Shown: positions 41,401-57,300 of the stretch, in pieces
Layout of the letters: each line of letters opens with the position of its first letter
Position numbering within the stretch: position 1 is the stretch's first letter
Assembly (NCBI GenBank): GCA_964016885.1
Contig: OZ024742.1
Span: 377,022,001 to 377,086,000, forward strand
Direction: 5' to 3'
Length of the DNA stretch: 64,000 nucleotides
Origin: Eledone cirrhosa
Taxonomy: Eukaryota
Made by a program: the position numbers and the translations under genes
Notes under the pieces: generated by a model
What the model was told of the DNA's origin: nothing
The model's input: only the letters and a program-made list of their open reading frames with translations
Database searches by the model: none

Positions 41401-44400
41401 AGTCCCAGGTCACTACTGAGGTCGACACACTTCAACATTTAGTAAAGACTATAAAGTCCCAGGTCACTACTGTGGTTTTCACACTTCATCCTATAGTAAG
41501 GACTATAAAGTCACAGGTCACTACTATGGTCGACACACTTCATCCTATAGTAAAGACTATAAAGCCCCAGGTCACTACTGTGGTCGACACACTTCATCCT
41601 ATAGTAAAGGCTATAAAGTCCCAGGTCACTAATATGGTCGACACACTTCATACTATAGTAAAGACTATAAGGTCCCAGGTCACTACTGTGGTCGACACAC
41701 TTCATCCTATATTAAAGACTATAAAGTCCCAGGTCACTACTGTGGTCGACACACTTCATACTATAGTAAAGAATATAAAGTCCCAGGTCACTACTGTGGT
41801 CGACACACTTCATACTATAGTAAAGACTATAAAGTCCCAGGTCACTACTGTGGTCGACACAATTCATACTATAGTAAAGACTATAAAGTCCCAGGTCACT
41901 ACTGTGGTCGCCACACTTCATCCTATAGTAAAGAATATAAAGTCCCAGGTCCCTACTGTGGTCGACACACTTTATACTATAGTAAAGACTATAAAGTCCC
42001 AGGTCACTACTGTGGTCGCCACACTTCATCCTATATTAAAGACTATAAAGTCCCAGGTCACTACTGTGGTCGACACACTTCATCCTATAGTAAAGACTAT
42101 AAAGTCCCAGGTCACTACTGTGGTCGACACACTTCATCCTATAGTAAAGAATATAAAGTCCCAGGTCCCTACTGTGGTCGACACACTTCATACTATAGTA
42201 AAGACTATAAAGTCCCAGGTCACTCCTGTGGTCGCCACACTTCATCCTATATTAAAGACTATAAAGTCCCAGGTCACTACTGTGGTCGACACACTTCATC
42301 CTATATTAAAGACTATAAAGTCCCAGGTCACTACTGTGGTCGACACACTTCATCCTATAGTAAAGACTATGAAGTCCCAGGTCACTACTGTGGTCGACAC
42401 ACTTCATACTATAGTAAAGACTATAAAGTCCCAGGTCACTACTGTGGTGGACACACTTCAACCTATAGTAAAGACTATAAAGTCCCAGGTCACTACTGTG
42501 GTCGACACACTTCATACTATAGTAAAGACTGTAAAGTCCCAGGTCACTACTGTGGTCGACACACTTCATCCTATAGTAAAGACTATAAAGTCCCAGGTCA
42601 CTACTGTGGTCGACACACTTCATCCTACAGTAAAGACTATAAAGTCCCAGGTCACTACTGTGGTCGACACACTTCATCCTATAGTAAAGTCTATAAAGTC
42701 CTAGGTCACTACTGTGGTCGACACACTTCATACTATAGTAAAGACAATAAAGTCCCAGGTCACTACTGTCGTCGACATACTTCATCCTATAGTAAAGACT
42801 ATAAAGTCCCAGGTCACTACTGTGGTCGACACACTTCATACTATAGTAAAGACTATAAAGTCCCAGGTCACCATTATGGTCGAAACACTTCATCCTATAG
42901 TAAAGACTATAAAGTCCCAGGTCACTACTGTGGTCGACACACTTCATCCTATAGTAAAGACTATAAAGTCCCAGGTCACTACTGTGGTCGACACACTTCA
43001 TCCTATAGTAAAGATAATAAAGTCCCAGGTCACTACTGTGGTCGACACACTTCATACTATAGTAAAGACAATAAAGTCCCAGGTCACTACTGTGGTCGAC
43101 ACACTTCATCCTATAGTAAAGACTATAAAGTCCCAGGTCACTACTGTGGTCGACACACTTCATACTATAGTAAAGACTATGAAGTCACAGGTCACTACTG
43201 TGGTTTTCACACTTCATCCTATAGTAAAGACTATAAAGTCCCAGGTCACTACTGTGGTCGACACACTTCATCCTATAGTAAAGACTATGAAGTCCCAGGT
43301 CACTAATGTGGTTTTCAAACTTCATCCTATAGTAAAGTTAATAAAGTCCCAGGTCACTACTGTGGTCGACACACTTCATACTATAGTAAAGACTATAAAG
43401 TCCCAGGTCACTACTGTGGTCGACACACTTCATCCTATAGTAAAGACTATAAAGCCCCAGGTCACTACTGTGGTCGACACACTTCATACTATAGTAAAGA
43501 CTATAAAGTCCCAGGTCACTACTGTGGTCGACACACTTCAACCTATAGTAAAGACTATAAAGTCCCAGGTCACTACTGTGGTCGACACACTTCATACTAT
43601 AGTAAAGACTATAAAGTCGCAGGTCATTGCTGTGGTCGACACACTTCATCCTATAGTAAAGATTATAAAGTCCCAGGTCACTACTGTGGTCGACACACTT
43701 AATACTATAGTAAAGACTATAAAGTCCCAGGTCACTACTGTGGTCGACACACTTCATCCTATATTAAAGACTATGAAGTCCCAGGTCCCTACTGTGGTCG
43801 ACACACTTCATACTATAGTAAAGACTATAAAGTCCCAGGTCACTACTGTCGTCGACACACTTCATACTTTAGTAAAGACTATAAAGTCCCAGGTCATTGC
43901 TGTGGTCGACACACTTCATCCTATAGTAAAGACTATAAAGTCCCAGGTCACTACTGTGGTCGACACACTTAATACTATAGTAAAAACTATAAAGTCCCAG
44001 GTCACTACTGTGGTCGACACACTTCATACTATAGTAAAGACTATAAAGTCCCAGGTGACTACTGTGGTCGACACACTTCATACTATAGTAAAGACTATAA
44101 AGTCCCAGGTCACTACTGTGGTCGACACACTTCATCCTATAGTAAAGACTATAAAGTCCCAGGTCACTACTGTGGTCGACACACTTCATACTATAGTAAA
44201 GACTATAAAGTCCCAGGTCACTACTGTGGTCGACACACCTCATCCTATATTAAAGACTATGAAGTCCCAGGTCCCTACTGTGGTCGACACACTTAATACT
44301 ATATTAAAGACTATAAAGCCCCAGGTCACTACTGTGGTCGACACACTTCACACTATAGTAAAGACTATAAAGTCCCAGGTCACTACTGTGGTCGACACAC

Positions 44401-46130
44401 TTCATCCTATAGTAAAGACTATAAAGTCCCAGGTCACTACTGTGGTCGACACACTTCATACTATAGTAAAAACTATAATGTCCCAGGTCACTACTGTGGT
44501 CGACACACTTCATCCTATAGTAAAGACTATAAATTCCCAGGTCACTACTGTGGTCGACACACTTCATACTATAGTAAAGACTATAAAGTCCCAGGTCACT
44601 ACTGTGGTCGACACACTTCATCCTATAGTAAAGACTATAAAGTCCCAGGTCACTACTGTGGTCGACACACTTCATCCTATAGTAAAGACTATAAAGTCCC
44701 AGGTCACTACTGTGGTCGACACACTTCATACTATAGTAAAGACTATACAGTCCCAGGTCACTAATGTGGTCGACACACTTCATACTATAGTAAAGACTAT
44801 AAAGTCCCAGGTCACTACTGTGGTCGACACACTTCATACTATAGTAAAGACTATAAAGTCCCAGGTCACTACTGTGGTCGACACAATTCATCCTATAGTA
44901 AAGACTATAAAGTCCCAGGTCACTACTGTGGTCGACACACTTCATCCTATAGTAAAGACTATAAAGTCCCAGGTCACTACTGTGGTCGACACACTTCATA
45001 CTATAGTAAAGACTATAAAGTCCCAGGTCACTACTGTGGTCGACACACTTCATACTATAGTAAAGACTATAAAGTCCCAGGTCACTACTGTGGTTGACAC
45101 ACTTCATCCTATAGTAAAGACTATAAAGTCCCAGGTCACTACTGAGGTCGACACACTTCAACCTTTAGTAAAGACTATAAAGTACCAGGTCACTACTATG
45201 GTCGACACACTTCATCCTATAGTAAAGACTATAAAGTCCCAGGTCACTACTGTGGTCGACACACTTCATACTATAGTAAAGACTATAAAGTCCCAGGTCA
45301 CTACTGTGGTCGACACACTTCATACTATAGTAAAGACTATAAACTCCCAGGTCACTACTGTGGTCGACACACTTCATACTATAGTAAAAAATATAAAGTC
45401 CCAGGTCACTACTGTGGTCGACACACTTCATACTATAGTAAAGACTATAAAGTCCCAGGTCACTACTGTGGTCGACACAATTCATACTACAGTAAAGACT
45501 ATAAAGTCCCAGGTCACTACTGTGGTCGACACACTTCATCCTATAGTAAAGACTATAAAGTCCCAGGTCACTACTGTGGTCGACACACTTCATCCTATAG
45601 TAAAGACTATAAAGTCCCAGGTCACTACTGAGGTCGACACACTTCAACCTTTAGTAAAGACTATAAAGTCCCAGGTCACTACTGTGGTTTTCACACTTCA
45701 TCCTATAGTAAGGACTATAAAGTCACAGGTCACTACTATGGTCGACACACTTCATCCTATAGTAAAGACTATAAAGCCCCAGGTCACTACTGTGGTCGAC
45801 ACACTTCATCCTATAGTAAAGGCTATAAAGTCCCAGGTCACTAATATGGTCGACACACTTCATACTATAGTAAAGACTATAAAGTCCCAGGTCACTACTG
45901 TGGTCGACACACTTCATCCTATATTAAAGATTATAAAGTCCCAGGTCACTACTGTGGTCGACACACTTCATACTATAGTAAAGAATATAAAGTCCCAGGT
46001 CACTACTGTGGTCGACACACTTCATACTATAGTAAAGACTATAAAGTCCCAGGTCACTACTGTGGTCGACACAATTCATACTATAGTAAAGACTATAAAG
46101 TCCCAGGTCACTACTGTGGTCGCCACACTT
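36550..46130. repeat. ~4.75-4.8 kb tandem higher-order duplication (88-89 monomers)
   Basis: Offsets 4751 (TCCTAG at 37951/42702) and 4806 (=89x54; ORF-track pairs 39437/44243 and 40355/45161). Confidence 0.85.
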
Positions 46131-49100
46131 CATCCTATAGTAAATAATATAAAGTCCCAGGTCCCTACTGTGGTCGACACACTTTATACTATAGTAAAGA
46201 CTATAAAGTCCCAGGTCACTACTGTGGTCGCCACACTTCATACTATAGTAAAGACTATAAAGTCCAAGGTCACTACTGTGGTCGACACACCTCATCCTAT
46301 ATTAAAGACTATGAAGTCCCAGGTCCCTACTGTGGTCGACACACTTAATACTATATTAAAGACTATAAAGCCCCAGGTCACTACTGTGGTCGACACACTT
46401 CACACTATAGTAAAGACTATAAAGTCCCAGGTCACTACTGTGGTCGACACACTTCATCCTATAGTAAAGACTATAAAGTCCCAGGTCACTACTGTGGTCG
46501 ACACACTTCATACTATAGTAAAAACTATAATGTCCCAGGTCACTACTGTGGTCGACACACTTCATACTATAGTAAAGACTATAAAATCCCAGGTCACTAC
46601 TGTGGTCGACACACTTCATACTATAGTAAAGACTATAAAGTCCCAGGTCACTACTGTGGTCGACACACTTCATCCTATAGTAAAGACTATAAAGTCCCAG
46701 GTCACTACTGTGGTCGACACACTTCATCCTATAGTAAAGACTATAAAGTCCCAGGTCACTACTGTGGTCGACACACTTCATACTATAGTAAAGACTATAC
46801 AGTCCCAGGTCACTAATGTGGTCGACACACTTCATACTATAGTAAAGACTATAAAGTCCCAGGTCACTACTGTGGTCGACACACTTCATACTATAGTAAA
46901 GACTATAAAGTCCCAGGTCACTACTGTGGTCGACACAATTCATCCTATAGTAAAGACTATAAAGTCCCAGGTCACTACTGTGGTCGACACACTTCATACT
47001 ATAGTAAAGACTATAAAGTCCCAGGTCACTACTGTGGTCGACACACTCCATCCTATAGTAAAGACTATAAAGTCCCAGGTCACTACTGTGGTTGACACAC
47101 TTCATCCTATAGTAAAGACTATAAAGTCCCAGGTCACTACTGAGGTCGACACACTTCAACCTTTAGTAAAGACTATAAAGTCCCAGGTCACTACTATGGT
47201 CGACACACTTCATCCTATAGTAAAGACTATAAAGTCCCAGGTCACTACTGTGGTCGACACACTTCATACTATAGTAAAGACTATAAAGTCCCAGGTCACT
47301 ACTGTGGTCGACACACTTCATACTATAGTAAAGACTATAAAGTCCCAGGTCACTACTGTGATCGACACACTTCATACTATAGTAAAGAATATAAAGTCCC
47401 AGGTCACTACTGTGGTCGACACACTTCATACTATAGTAAAGACTATAAAGTCCCAGGTCACTACTGTGGTCGACACAATTCATCCTATAGTAAAGACTAT
47501 AAAGTCCCAGGTCACTACTGAGGTCGACACACTTCAACCTTTAGTAAAGACTATAAAGTCCCAGGTCACTACTGTGGTTTTCACACTTCATCCTATAGTA
47601 AGGACTATAAAGTCACAGGTCACTACTATGGTCGACACACTTCATCCTATAGTAAAGACTATAAAGCCCCAGGTCACTACTGTGGTCGACACACTTCATC
47701 CTATAGTAAAGGCTATAAAGTCCCAGGTCACTAATATGGTCGACACACTTCATACTATAGTAAAGACTATAAAGTCCCAGGTCACTACTGTGGTCGACAC
47801 ACTTCATCCTATATTAAAGACTATAAAGTCCCAGGTCACTACTGTGGTCGACACACTTCATCCTATAGTAAAGACTATAAAGTCCCATGTCACTACTGTG
47901 GTCGACACACTTCATACTATAGTAAAGAATATAAAGTCCCAGGTCACTACTGTGGTCGACACACTTCATCCTATAGTAAAGACTATACAGTCCCAGGTCA
48001 CTAATGTGGTCGACACACTTCATACTATAGTAAAGACTATAAAGTCCCAGGTCACTACTGTGGTCGACACACTTCATACTATAGTAAAGACTATAAAGTC
48101 CCAGGTCACTACTGTGGTCGACACAATTCATCCTATAGTAAAGACTATAAAGTCCCAGGTCACTACTGTGGTCGACACACTTCATACTATAGTAAAGACT
48201 ATAAAGTCCCAGGTCACTACTGTGGTCGACACACTTCATACTATAGTAAAGACTATAAAGTCCCAGGTCACTACTGTGGTCGACACAATTCATCCTATAG
48301 TAAAGACTATAAAGTCCCAGGTCACTACTGTGGTCGACACACTTCATCCTATAGTAAAGACTATAAAGTCCCAGGTCACTACTGTGGTCGACACACTTCA
48401 TACTATAGTAAAGACTATAAAGTCCCAGGTCACTACTGTGGTCGACACACTTCATACTATAGTAAAGACTATAAAGTCCCAGGTCACTACTGTGGTTGAC
48501 ACACTTCATCCTATAGTAAAGACTATAAAGTCCCAGGTCACTACTGAGGTCGACACACTTCAACCTTTAGTAAAGACTATAAAGTACCAGGTCACTACTA
48601 TGGTCGACACACTTCATCCTATAGTAAAGACTATAAAGTCCCAGGTCACTACTGTGGTCGACACACTTCATACTATAGTAAAGACTATAAAGTCCCAGGT
48701 CACTACTGTGGTCGACACACTTCATTCTATAGTAAAGACTATAAACTCCCAGGTCACTACTGTGGTCGACACACTTCATACTATAGTAAAAAATATAAAG
48801 TCCCAGGTCACTACTGTGGTCGACACACTTCATACTATAGTAAAGACTATAAAGTCCCAGGTCACTACTGTGGTCGACACAATTCATACTACAGTAAAGA
48901 CTATAAAGTCCCAGGTCACTACTGTGGTCGACACACTTCATCCTATAGTAAAGACTATAAAGTCCCAGGTCACTACTGTGGTCGACACACTTCATCCTAT
49001 AGTAAAGACTATAAAGTCCCAGGTCACTACTGAGGTCGACACACTTCAACCTTTAGTAAAGACTATAAAGTCCCAGGTCACTACTGTGGTTTTCACACTT

Positions 49101-51360
49101 CATCCTATAGTAAGGACTATAAAGTCACAGGTCACTACTATGGTCGACACACTTCATCCTATAGTAAAGACTATAAAGCCCCAGGTCACTACTGTGGTCG
49201 ACACACTTCATCCTATAGTAAAGGCTATAAAGTCCCAGGTCACTAATATGGTCGACACACTTCATACTATAGTAAAGACTATAAAGTCCCAGGTCACTAC
49301 TGTGGTCGACACACTTCATCCTATATTAAAGATTATAAAGTCCCAGGTCACTACTGTGGTCGACACACTTCATACTATAGTAAAGAATATAAAGTCCCAG
49401 GTCACTACTGTGGTCGACACACTTCATACTATAGTAAAGACTATAAAGTCCCAGGTCACTACTGTGCTCGACACAGTTCATACTATAGTAAAGACTATAA
49501 AGTCCCAGGTCACTACTGTGGTCGCCACACTTCATCCTATAGTAAATAATATAAAGTCCCAGGTCCCTACTGTGGTCGACACACTTTATACTATAGTAAA
49601 GACTATAAAGTCCCAGGTCACTACTGTGGTCGCCACACTTCATACTATAGTAAAGACTATAAAGTCCAAGGTCACTACTGTGGTCGACACACCTCATCCT
49701 ATATTAAAGACTATGAAGTCCCAGGTCCCTACTGTGGTCGACACACTTAATACTATATTAAAGACTATAAAGCCCCAGGTCACTACTGTGGTCGACACAC
49801 TTCACACTATAGTAAAGACTATAAAGTCCCAGGTCACTACTGTGGTCGACACACTTCATCCTATAGTAAAGACTATAAAGTCCCAGGTCACTACTGTGGT
49901 CGACACACTTCATACTATAGTAAAAACTATAATGTCCCAGGTAGCTACTGTGGTCGACACACTTCATACTATAGTAAAGACTATAAATTCCCAGGTCACT
50001 ACTGAGGTCGACACACTTCATACTATAGTAAAGACTATAAAGTCCCAGGTCACTACTGTGGTCGACACACTTCATCCTATAGTAAAGACTATAAAGTCCC
50101 AGGTCACTACTGTGGTCGACACACTTCATCCTATAGTAAAGACTATAAAGTCCCAGGTCACTACTGTGGTCGACACACTTCATACTATAGTAAAGACTAT
50201 ACAGTCCCAGGTCACTAATGTGGTCGACACACTTCATACTATAGTAAAGACTATAAAGTCCCAGGTCACTACTGTGGTCGACACACTTCATACTATAGTA
50301 AAGACTATAAAGTCCCAGGTCACTACTGTGGTCGACACAATTCATCCTATAGTAAAGACTATAAAGTCCCAGGTCACTACTGTGGTCGACACACTTCATA
50401 CTATAGTAAAGACTATAAAGTCCCAGGTCACTACTGTGGTCGACACACTCCATCCTATAGTAAAGACTATAAAGTCCCAGGTCACTACTGTGGTTGACAC
50501 ACTTCATCCTATAGTAAAGACTATAAAGTCCCAGGTCACTACTGAGGTCGACACACTTCAACCTTTAGTAAAGACTATAAAGTCCCAGGTCACTACTATG
50601 GTCGACACACTTCATCCTATAGTAAAGACTATAAAGTCCCAGGTCACTACTGTGGTCGACACACTTCATACTATAGTAAAGACTATAAAGACCCAGGTCA
50701 CTACTGTGGTCGACACACTTCATACTATAGTAAAGACTATAAAGTCCCAGGTCACTACTGTGATCGACACACTTCATACTATAGTAAAGAATATAAAGTC
50801 CCAGGTCACTACTGTGGTCGACACACTTCATACTATAGTAAAGACTATAAAGTCCCAGGTCACTACTGTGGTCGACACAATTCATCCTATAGTAAAGACT
50901 ATAAAGTCCCAGGTCACTACTGAGGTCGACACACTTCAACCTTTAGTAAAGACTATAAAGTCCCAGGTCACTACTGTGGTTTTCACACTTCATCCTATAG
51001 TAAGGACTATAAAGTCACAGGTCACTACTATGGTCGACACACTTCATCCTATAGTAAAGACTATAAAGCCCCAGGTCACTACTGTGGTCGACACACTTCA
51101 TCCTATAGTAAAGGCTATAAAGTCCCAGGTCACTAATATGGTCGACACACTTCATACTATAGTAAAGACTATAAAGTCCCAGGTCACTACTGTGGTCGAC
51201 ACACTTCATCCTATATTAAAGACTATAAAGTCCCAGGTCACTACTGTGGTCGACACACTTCATCCTATAGTAAAGACTATAAAGTCCCATGTCACTACTG
51301 TGGTCGACACACTTCATACTATAGTAAAGAATATAAAGTCCCAGGTCACTACTGTGGTCG
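44880..51360. repeat. 3402-bp (63-monomer) tandem higher-order duplication
   Basis: ORF-track pairs 45161/48563, 46295/49697, 47159/50561 and 47807/51209, plus shared markers TCCAAG, GTGATC and TCCCAT. Confidence 0.85.
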
Positions 51361-54300
51361 ACACACTTCATACTATAGTAAAGACTATAAAGTCCCATGT
51401 CACTACTGTGGTCGACACACTTCATACTATAGTAAAGAATATAAAGTCCCAGGTCACTACTGTGGTCGACACACTTCATACTATAGTAAAGACTATAAAG
51501 TCCCAGGTCACTACTGTGGTCGACACAATTCATACTATAGTAAAGACTATAAAGTCCCAGGTCACTACTGTGGTCGCCACACTTCATCCTATAGTAAAGA
51601 ATATAAAGTCCCAGGTCCCTACTGTGGTCGACACACTTTATACTATAGTAAAGACTATAAAGTCCCAGGTCACTACTGTGGTCGCCACACTTCATCCTAT
51701 ATTAAAGACTATAAAGTCCCAGGTCACTACTGTGGTCGACACACTTCATCCTATAGTAAAGACTATAAAGTCCCAGGTCACTACTGTGGTCGACACACTT
51801 CATCCTATAGTAAAGAATATAAAGTCCCAGGTCCCTACTGTGGTCGACACACTTCATACTATAGTAAAGACTATAAAGTCCCAGGTCACTACTGTGGTCG
51901 CCACACTTCATCCTATATTAAAGACTATAAAGTCCCAGGTCACTACTGTGGTCGACACACTTCATCCTATATTAAAGACTATAAAGTCCCAGGTCACTAC
52001 TGTGGTCGACACACTTCATCCTATAGTAAAGACTATAAAGTCCCAGGTCACTACTGTGGTCGACACACTTCATCCTATATTAAAGACTATAAAGTCCCAG
52101 GTCACTACTGTGGTCGACACACTTCATCCTATATTAAAGACTATAAAGTCCCAGGTCACTACTGTGGTCGACACACTTCATCCTATATTAAAGACTATAA
52201 AGTCCCAGGTCACTACTGTGGTCGACACACTTCATACTATAGTAAAGACTATAAAGTCCCAGGTCAATACTGTGGTGGACACACTTCAACCTATAGTAAA
52301 GACTATAAAGTCCCAGGTCACTACTGTGGTCGACACACTTCATACTATAGTAAAGACTGTAAAGTCCCAGGTCACTACTGTGGTCGACACACTTCATCCT
52401 ATAGTAAAGACTATAAAGTCCCAGGTCACTACTGTGGTCGACACACTTCATCCTACAGTAAAGACTATAAAGTCCCAGGTCACTACTGTGGTCGACACAC
52501 TTCATCCTATAGTAACGTCTATAAAGTCCCAGGTCACTACTGTGGTCGACACACTTCATACTATAGTAAAGACAATAAAGTCCCAGGTCACTACTCTCGT
52601 CGACATACTTCATCCTATAGTAAAGACTATAAAGTCCCAGGTCACTACTGTGGTCGACACACTTCATACTATAGTAAAGACTATAAAGTCCCAGGTCACC
52701 ATTATGGGCGAAACACTTCATCCTATAGTAAAGACTATAAAGTCCCAGGTCACTACTGTGGTCGACACACTTCATCCTATAGTAAAGACTATAAAGTCCC
52801 AGGTCACTACTGTGGTCGACACACTTCATACTATAGTAAAGACTATAAAGTCCCAGGTCATTACAGTGGTCGACACACTTCATCCTATAGTAAAGATAAT
52901 AAAGTCCCAGGTCACTACTGTGGTCGACACACTTCATACTATAGTAAAGACTATAAAGTCCCAGGTCACTACTGTGGTCGACACACTTCATACTACAGTA
53001 AAGACAATAAAGTCCCAGGTCACTACTGTGGTCGACACACTTCATCCTATAGTAAAGACTATAAAGTCCCAGGTCACTACTGTGGTCGACACACTTCATA
53101 CTATAGTAAAGACTATGAAGTCCCAGGTCACTACTGTGGTTTTCACACTTCATCCTATAGTAAAGACTATAAAGCCCCAGGTCACTACTGTGGTCGACAC
53201 ACTTCATACTATAGGAAAGACTATAAAGTCCCAGGTCACTACAGTGGTCGACACACTTCATCCTATAGTAAAGACTATAAAGTCCCAGGTCACTACTGTG
53301 GTCGACACACTTCATACTATAGTAAAGACTATAAAGTCCCAGGTCACTACTGTGGTCGACACACTTCATCCTATAGTAAAGACTATAAAATCCCAGGTCA
53401 CTACTGTGGTCGACAGACTTCATCCTATAGTAAAGACTATAAAGTCCCAGGTCACTACTGTGGTCGACACACTTCATCCTATAGTAAAGACTATAAAGTC
53501 CCAGGTCACTACTGTGGTCGACAGACTTCATCCTATAGTAAAGACTATAAAGTCCCAGGTCACTACTGTGGTCGACACACTTCATCCTATAGTAAAGACA
53601 ATAAAGTCCCAGGTCACTACTGTGGTCGACACACTTCATCCTATAGTAAAGACTATAAAGTCCCAGGTCACTACTGTGGTCGACACACTTCATCCTATAG
53701 TAAAGACTATAAAGTCCCAGGTCACTACTCTGGTCGACACACTTCATCCTATAGTAAAGACTATAAAGTCCCAGGTCCCTACTGTGGTCGACACACTTCA
53801 TCCTATAGTAAAGACTATAAAGTCCCAGGTCACTACTGTGGTCGACACACTTCATCCTATAGTAAAGACTATAAAGTCCCAGGTCCCTACTGTGGTCGAC
53901 ACACTTCATCCTATAGTAAAGACTATAAAGCCCCAGGTCACTACTCTGGTCGACACACTTCATCCTATAGTAAAGACTATAAAGTCCCAGGTCACTACTG
54001 TGGTCGACACACTTCAACCTATAGTAAAGACAATAAAGTCCCAGGTCACTACTGTGGTCGACACACTTCATCCTATAGTAAAGACTATAAAGTCCCAGGT
54101 CACTACTGTGGTTTTCATACTTCATCCTATAGTAAAGACTATAAAGTCACAGGTCACTTCTGTGGTCGACACACTTCATACTATAGTAAAGAGTATAAAG
54201 TCCCAGGTCACTACTGTGGTCGACACACTTCATACTATAGTAAAGAGTATAAAGTCCCAGGTCACTACTGTGTTCGACACACTTCATCCTATAGTAAAGA

Positions 54301-57300
54301 CTATAAAGTCCCAGGTCACTACTGTGGTCGACACACTTCATACTATAGTAAAGACTATAAAGTCCCAGGTCACTACTGTCGTCGACACACTTCAACCTAT
54401 AGTAAAGACTATAAAGTCCCAGGTCACTACTGTGGTCGACACACTTCATCCTATAATAAAGACTATAAAGTTCCAGGTCACTACTGTGGTCGACACACTT
54501 CATACTATAGTAAAGACTATAAAGTCCCAGGTCACTACTGTGGTCGACACACTTCATCCTATAGTAAAGACTATAAAGTCCCAGGTCACTACTGTGGTCG
54601 ACACACTTCAACGTATAGTAAAGACTATAAAGTCCCAGGTCACTACTGTGGTCGACACACTTCATCCTATAGTAAAGACTATAAAGTCCCAGCTCACTAC
54701 TGTGGTCGACACACTTCATACTATAGTAAAGACTATAAAGTCCCAGGTCGCTACTGTGGTCGACACACTTCATCCTATAGTAAAGACTATAAAGTCCCAG
54801 GTCACTACTGTGGTCGACACACTTCATCCTATAGTAAAGACTATAAAGTCCCAGGTCACTACTGTGGTCGACACGCTTCATCCTATAGTAAAGACTATAA
54901 AGTCCCAGGTCACTACTGTGGTCGATACACTTCAACCTATAGTAAAGACAATAAAGTCCCAGGTCACTACTGTGGTCGACACACTTCATCCTATAGTAAA
55001 GACTATAAAGCCCCAGGTCACTACTGTGGTCGACACACTTCACACTATAGTAAAGACTATAAAGTCCCAGGTCACTACTGTGGTCGACACACTTCATCCT
55101 ATAGTAAAGACTATAAAGTCCCAGGTCACTACTGTGGTCGACACACTTCATACTATAGTAAAAACTATAATGTCCCAGGTCACTACTGTGGTCGACACAC
55201 TTCATACTATAGTAAAGACTATAAATTCCCAGGTCACTACTGTGGTCGACACACTTCATACTATAGTAAAGACTATAAAGTCCCAGGTCACTACTGTAGT
55301 CGACACACTTCATCCTATAGTAAAGACTATAAAGTCCCAGGTCACTACTGTGGTCGACACACTTCATCCTATAGTAAAGACTATAAAGTCCCAGGTCACT
55401 ACTGTGGTCGACACACTTCATACTATAGTAAAGACTATACAGTCCCAGGTCACTAATTTGGTCGACACACTTCATACTATAGTAAAGACTATAAAGTCCC
55501 AGGTCACTACTGTGGTCGACACACTTCATACTATAGTAAAGACTATAAAGTCCCAGGTCACTACTGTGGTCGACACAATTCATCCTATAGTAAAGACTAT
55601 AAAGTCCCAGGTCACTACTGTGGTCGACACACTTCATCCTATAGTAAAGACTATAAAGTCCCAGGTCACTACTGTGGTCGACACACTTCATACTATAGTA
55701 AAGACTATAAAGTCCCAGGTCACTACTGTGGTCGACACACTCCATCCTATAGTAAAGACTATAAAGTCCCAGGTCACTACTGTGGTTGACACACTTCATC
55801 CTATAGTAAAGACTATAAAGTCCCAGGTCACTACTGAGGTCGACACACTTCAACCTTTAGTAAAGACTATAAAGTACCAGGTCACTACTATGGTCGACAC
55901 ACTTCATCCTATAGTAAAGACTATAAAGTCCCAGGTCACTACTGTGGTCGACACACTTCATACTATAGTAAAGACTATAAAGTCCCAGGTCACTACTGTG
56001 GTCGACACACTTCATACTATAGTAAAGACTATAAAGTCCCAGGTCACTACTGTGGTCGACACACTTCATACTATAGTAAAGAATATAAAGTCCCAGGTCA
56101 CTACTGTGGTCGACACACTTCATACTATAGTAAAGACTATAAAGTCCCAGGTCACTACTGTGGTCGACACAATTCATACTATAGTAAAGACTATAAAGTC
56201 CCAGGTCAGTACTGTGGTCGACACACTTCATCCTATAGTAAAGACTATAAAGTCCCAGGTCACTACTGTGGTCGACACACTTCATCCTATAGTAAAGACT
56301 ATAAAGTCCCAGGTCACTACTGAGGTCGACACACTTCAACCTTTAGTAAAGACTATAAAGTCCCAGGTCACTACTGTGGTTTTCACACTTCATCCTATAG
56401 TAAGGACTATAAAGTCACAGGTCACTACTATGGTCGACACACTTCATCCTATAGTAAAGACTATAAAGCCCCAGGTCACTACTGTGGTCGACACACTTCA
56501 TCCTATAGTAAAGGCTATAAAGTCCCAGGTCACTAATATGGTCGACACACTTCATACTATAGTAAAGACTATAAAGTCCCAGGTCACTACTGTGGTCGAC
56601 ACACTTCATCCTATATTAAAGACTATAAAGTCCCAGGTCACTACTGTGGTCGACACACTTCATACTATAGTAAAGAATATAAAGTCCCAGGTCACTACTG
56701 TGGTCGACACACTTCATACTATAGTAAAGACTATAAAGTCCCAGGTCACTACTGTGGTCGACACAATTCATACTATAGTAAAGACTATAAAGTCCCAGGT
56801 CACTACTGTGGTCGCCACACTTCATCCTATAGTAAAGAATATAAAGTCCCAGGTCCCTACTGTGGTCGACACACTTTATACTATAGTAAAGACTATAAAG
56901 TCCCAGGTCACTACTGTGGTCGCCACACTTCATACTATAGTAAAGACTATAAAGTCCAAGGTCACTACTGTGGTCGACACACCTCATCCTATATTAAAGA
57001 CTATGAAGTCCCAGGTCCCTACTGTGGTCGACACACTTAATACTATATTAAAGACTATAAAGCCCCAGGTCACTACTGTGGTCGACACACTTCACACTAT
57101 AGTAAAGACTATAAAGTCCCAGGTCACTACTGTGGTCGACACACTTCATCCTATAGTAAAGACTATAAAGTCCCAGGTCACTACTGTGGTCGACACACTT
57201 CATACTATAGTAAAAACTATAATGTCCCAGGTCACTACTGTGGTCGACACACTTCATACTATAGTAAAGACTATAAATTCCCAGGTCACTACTGTGGTCG

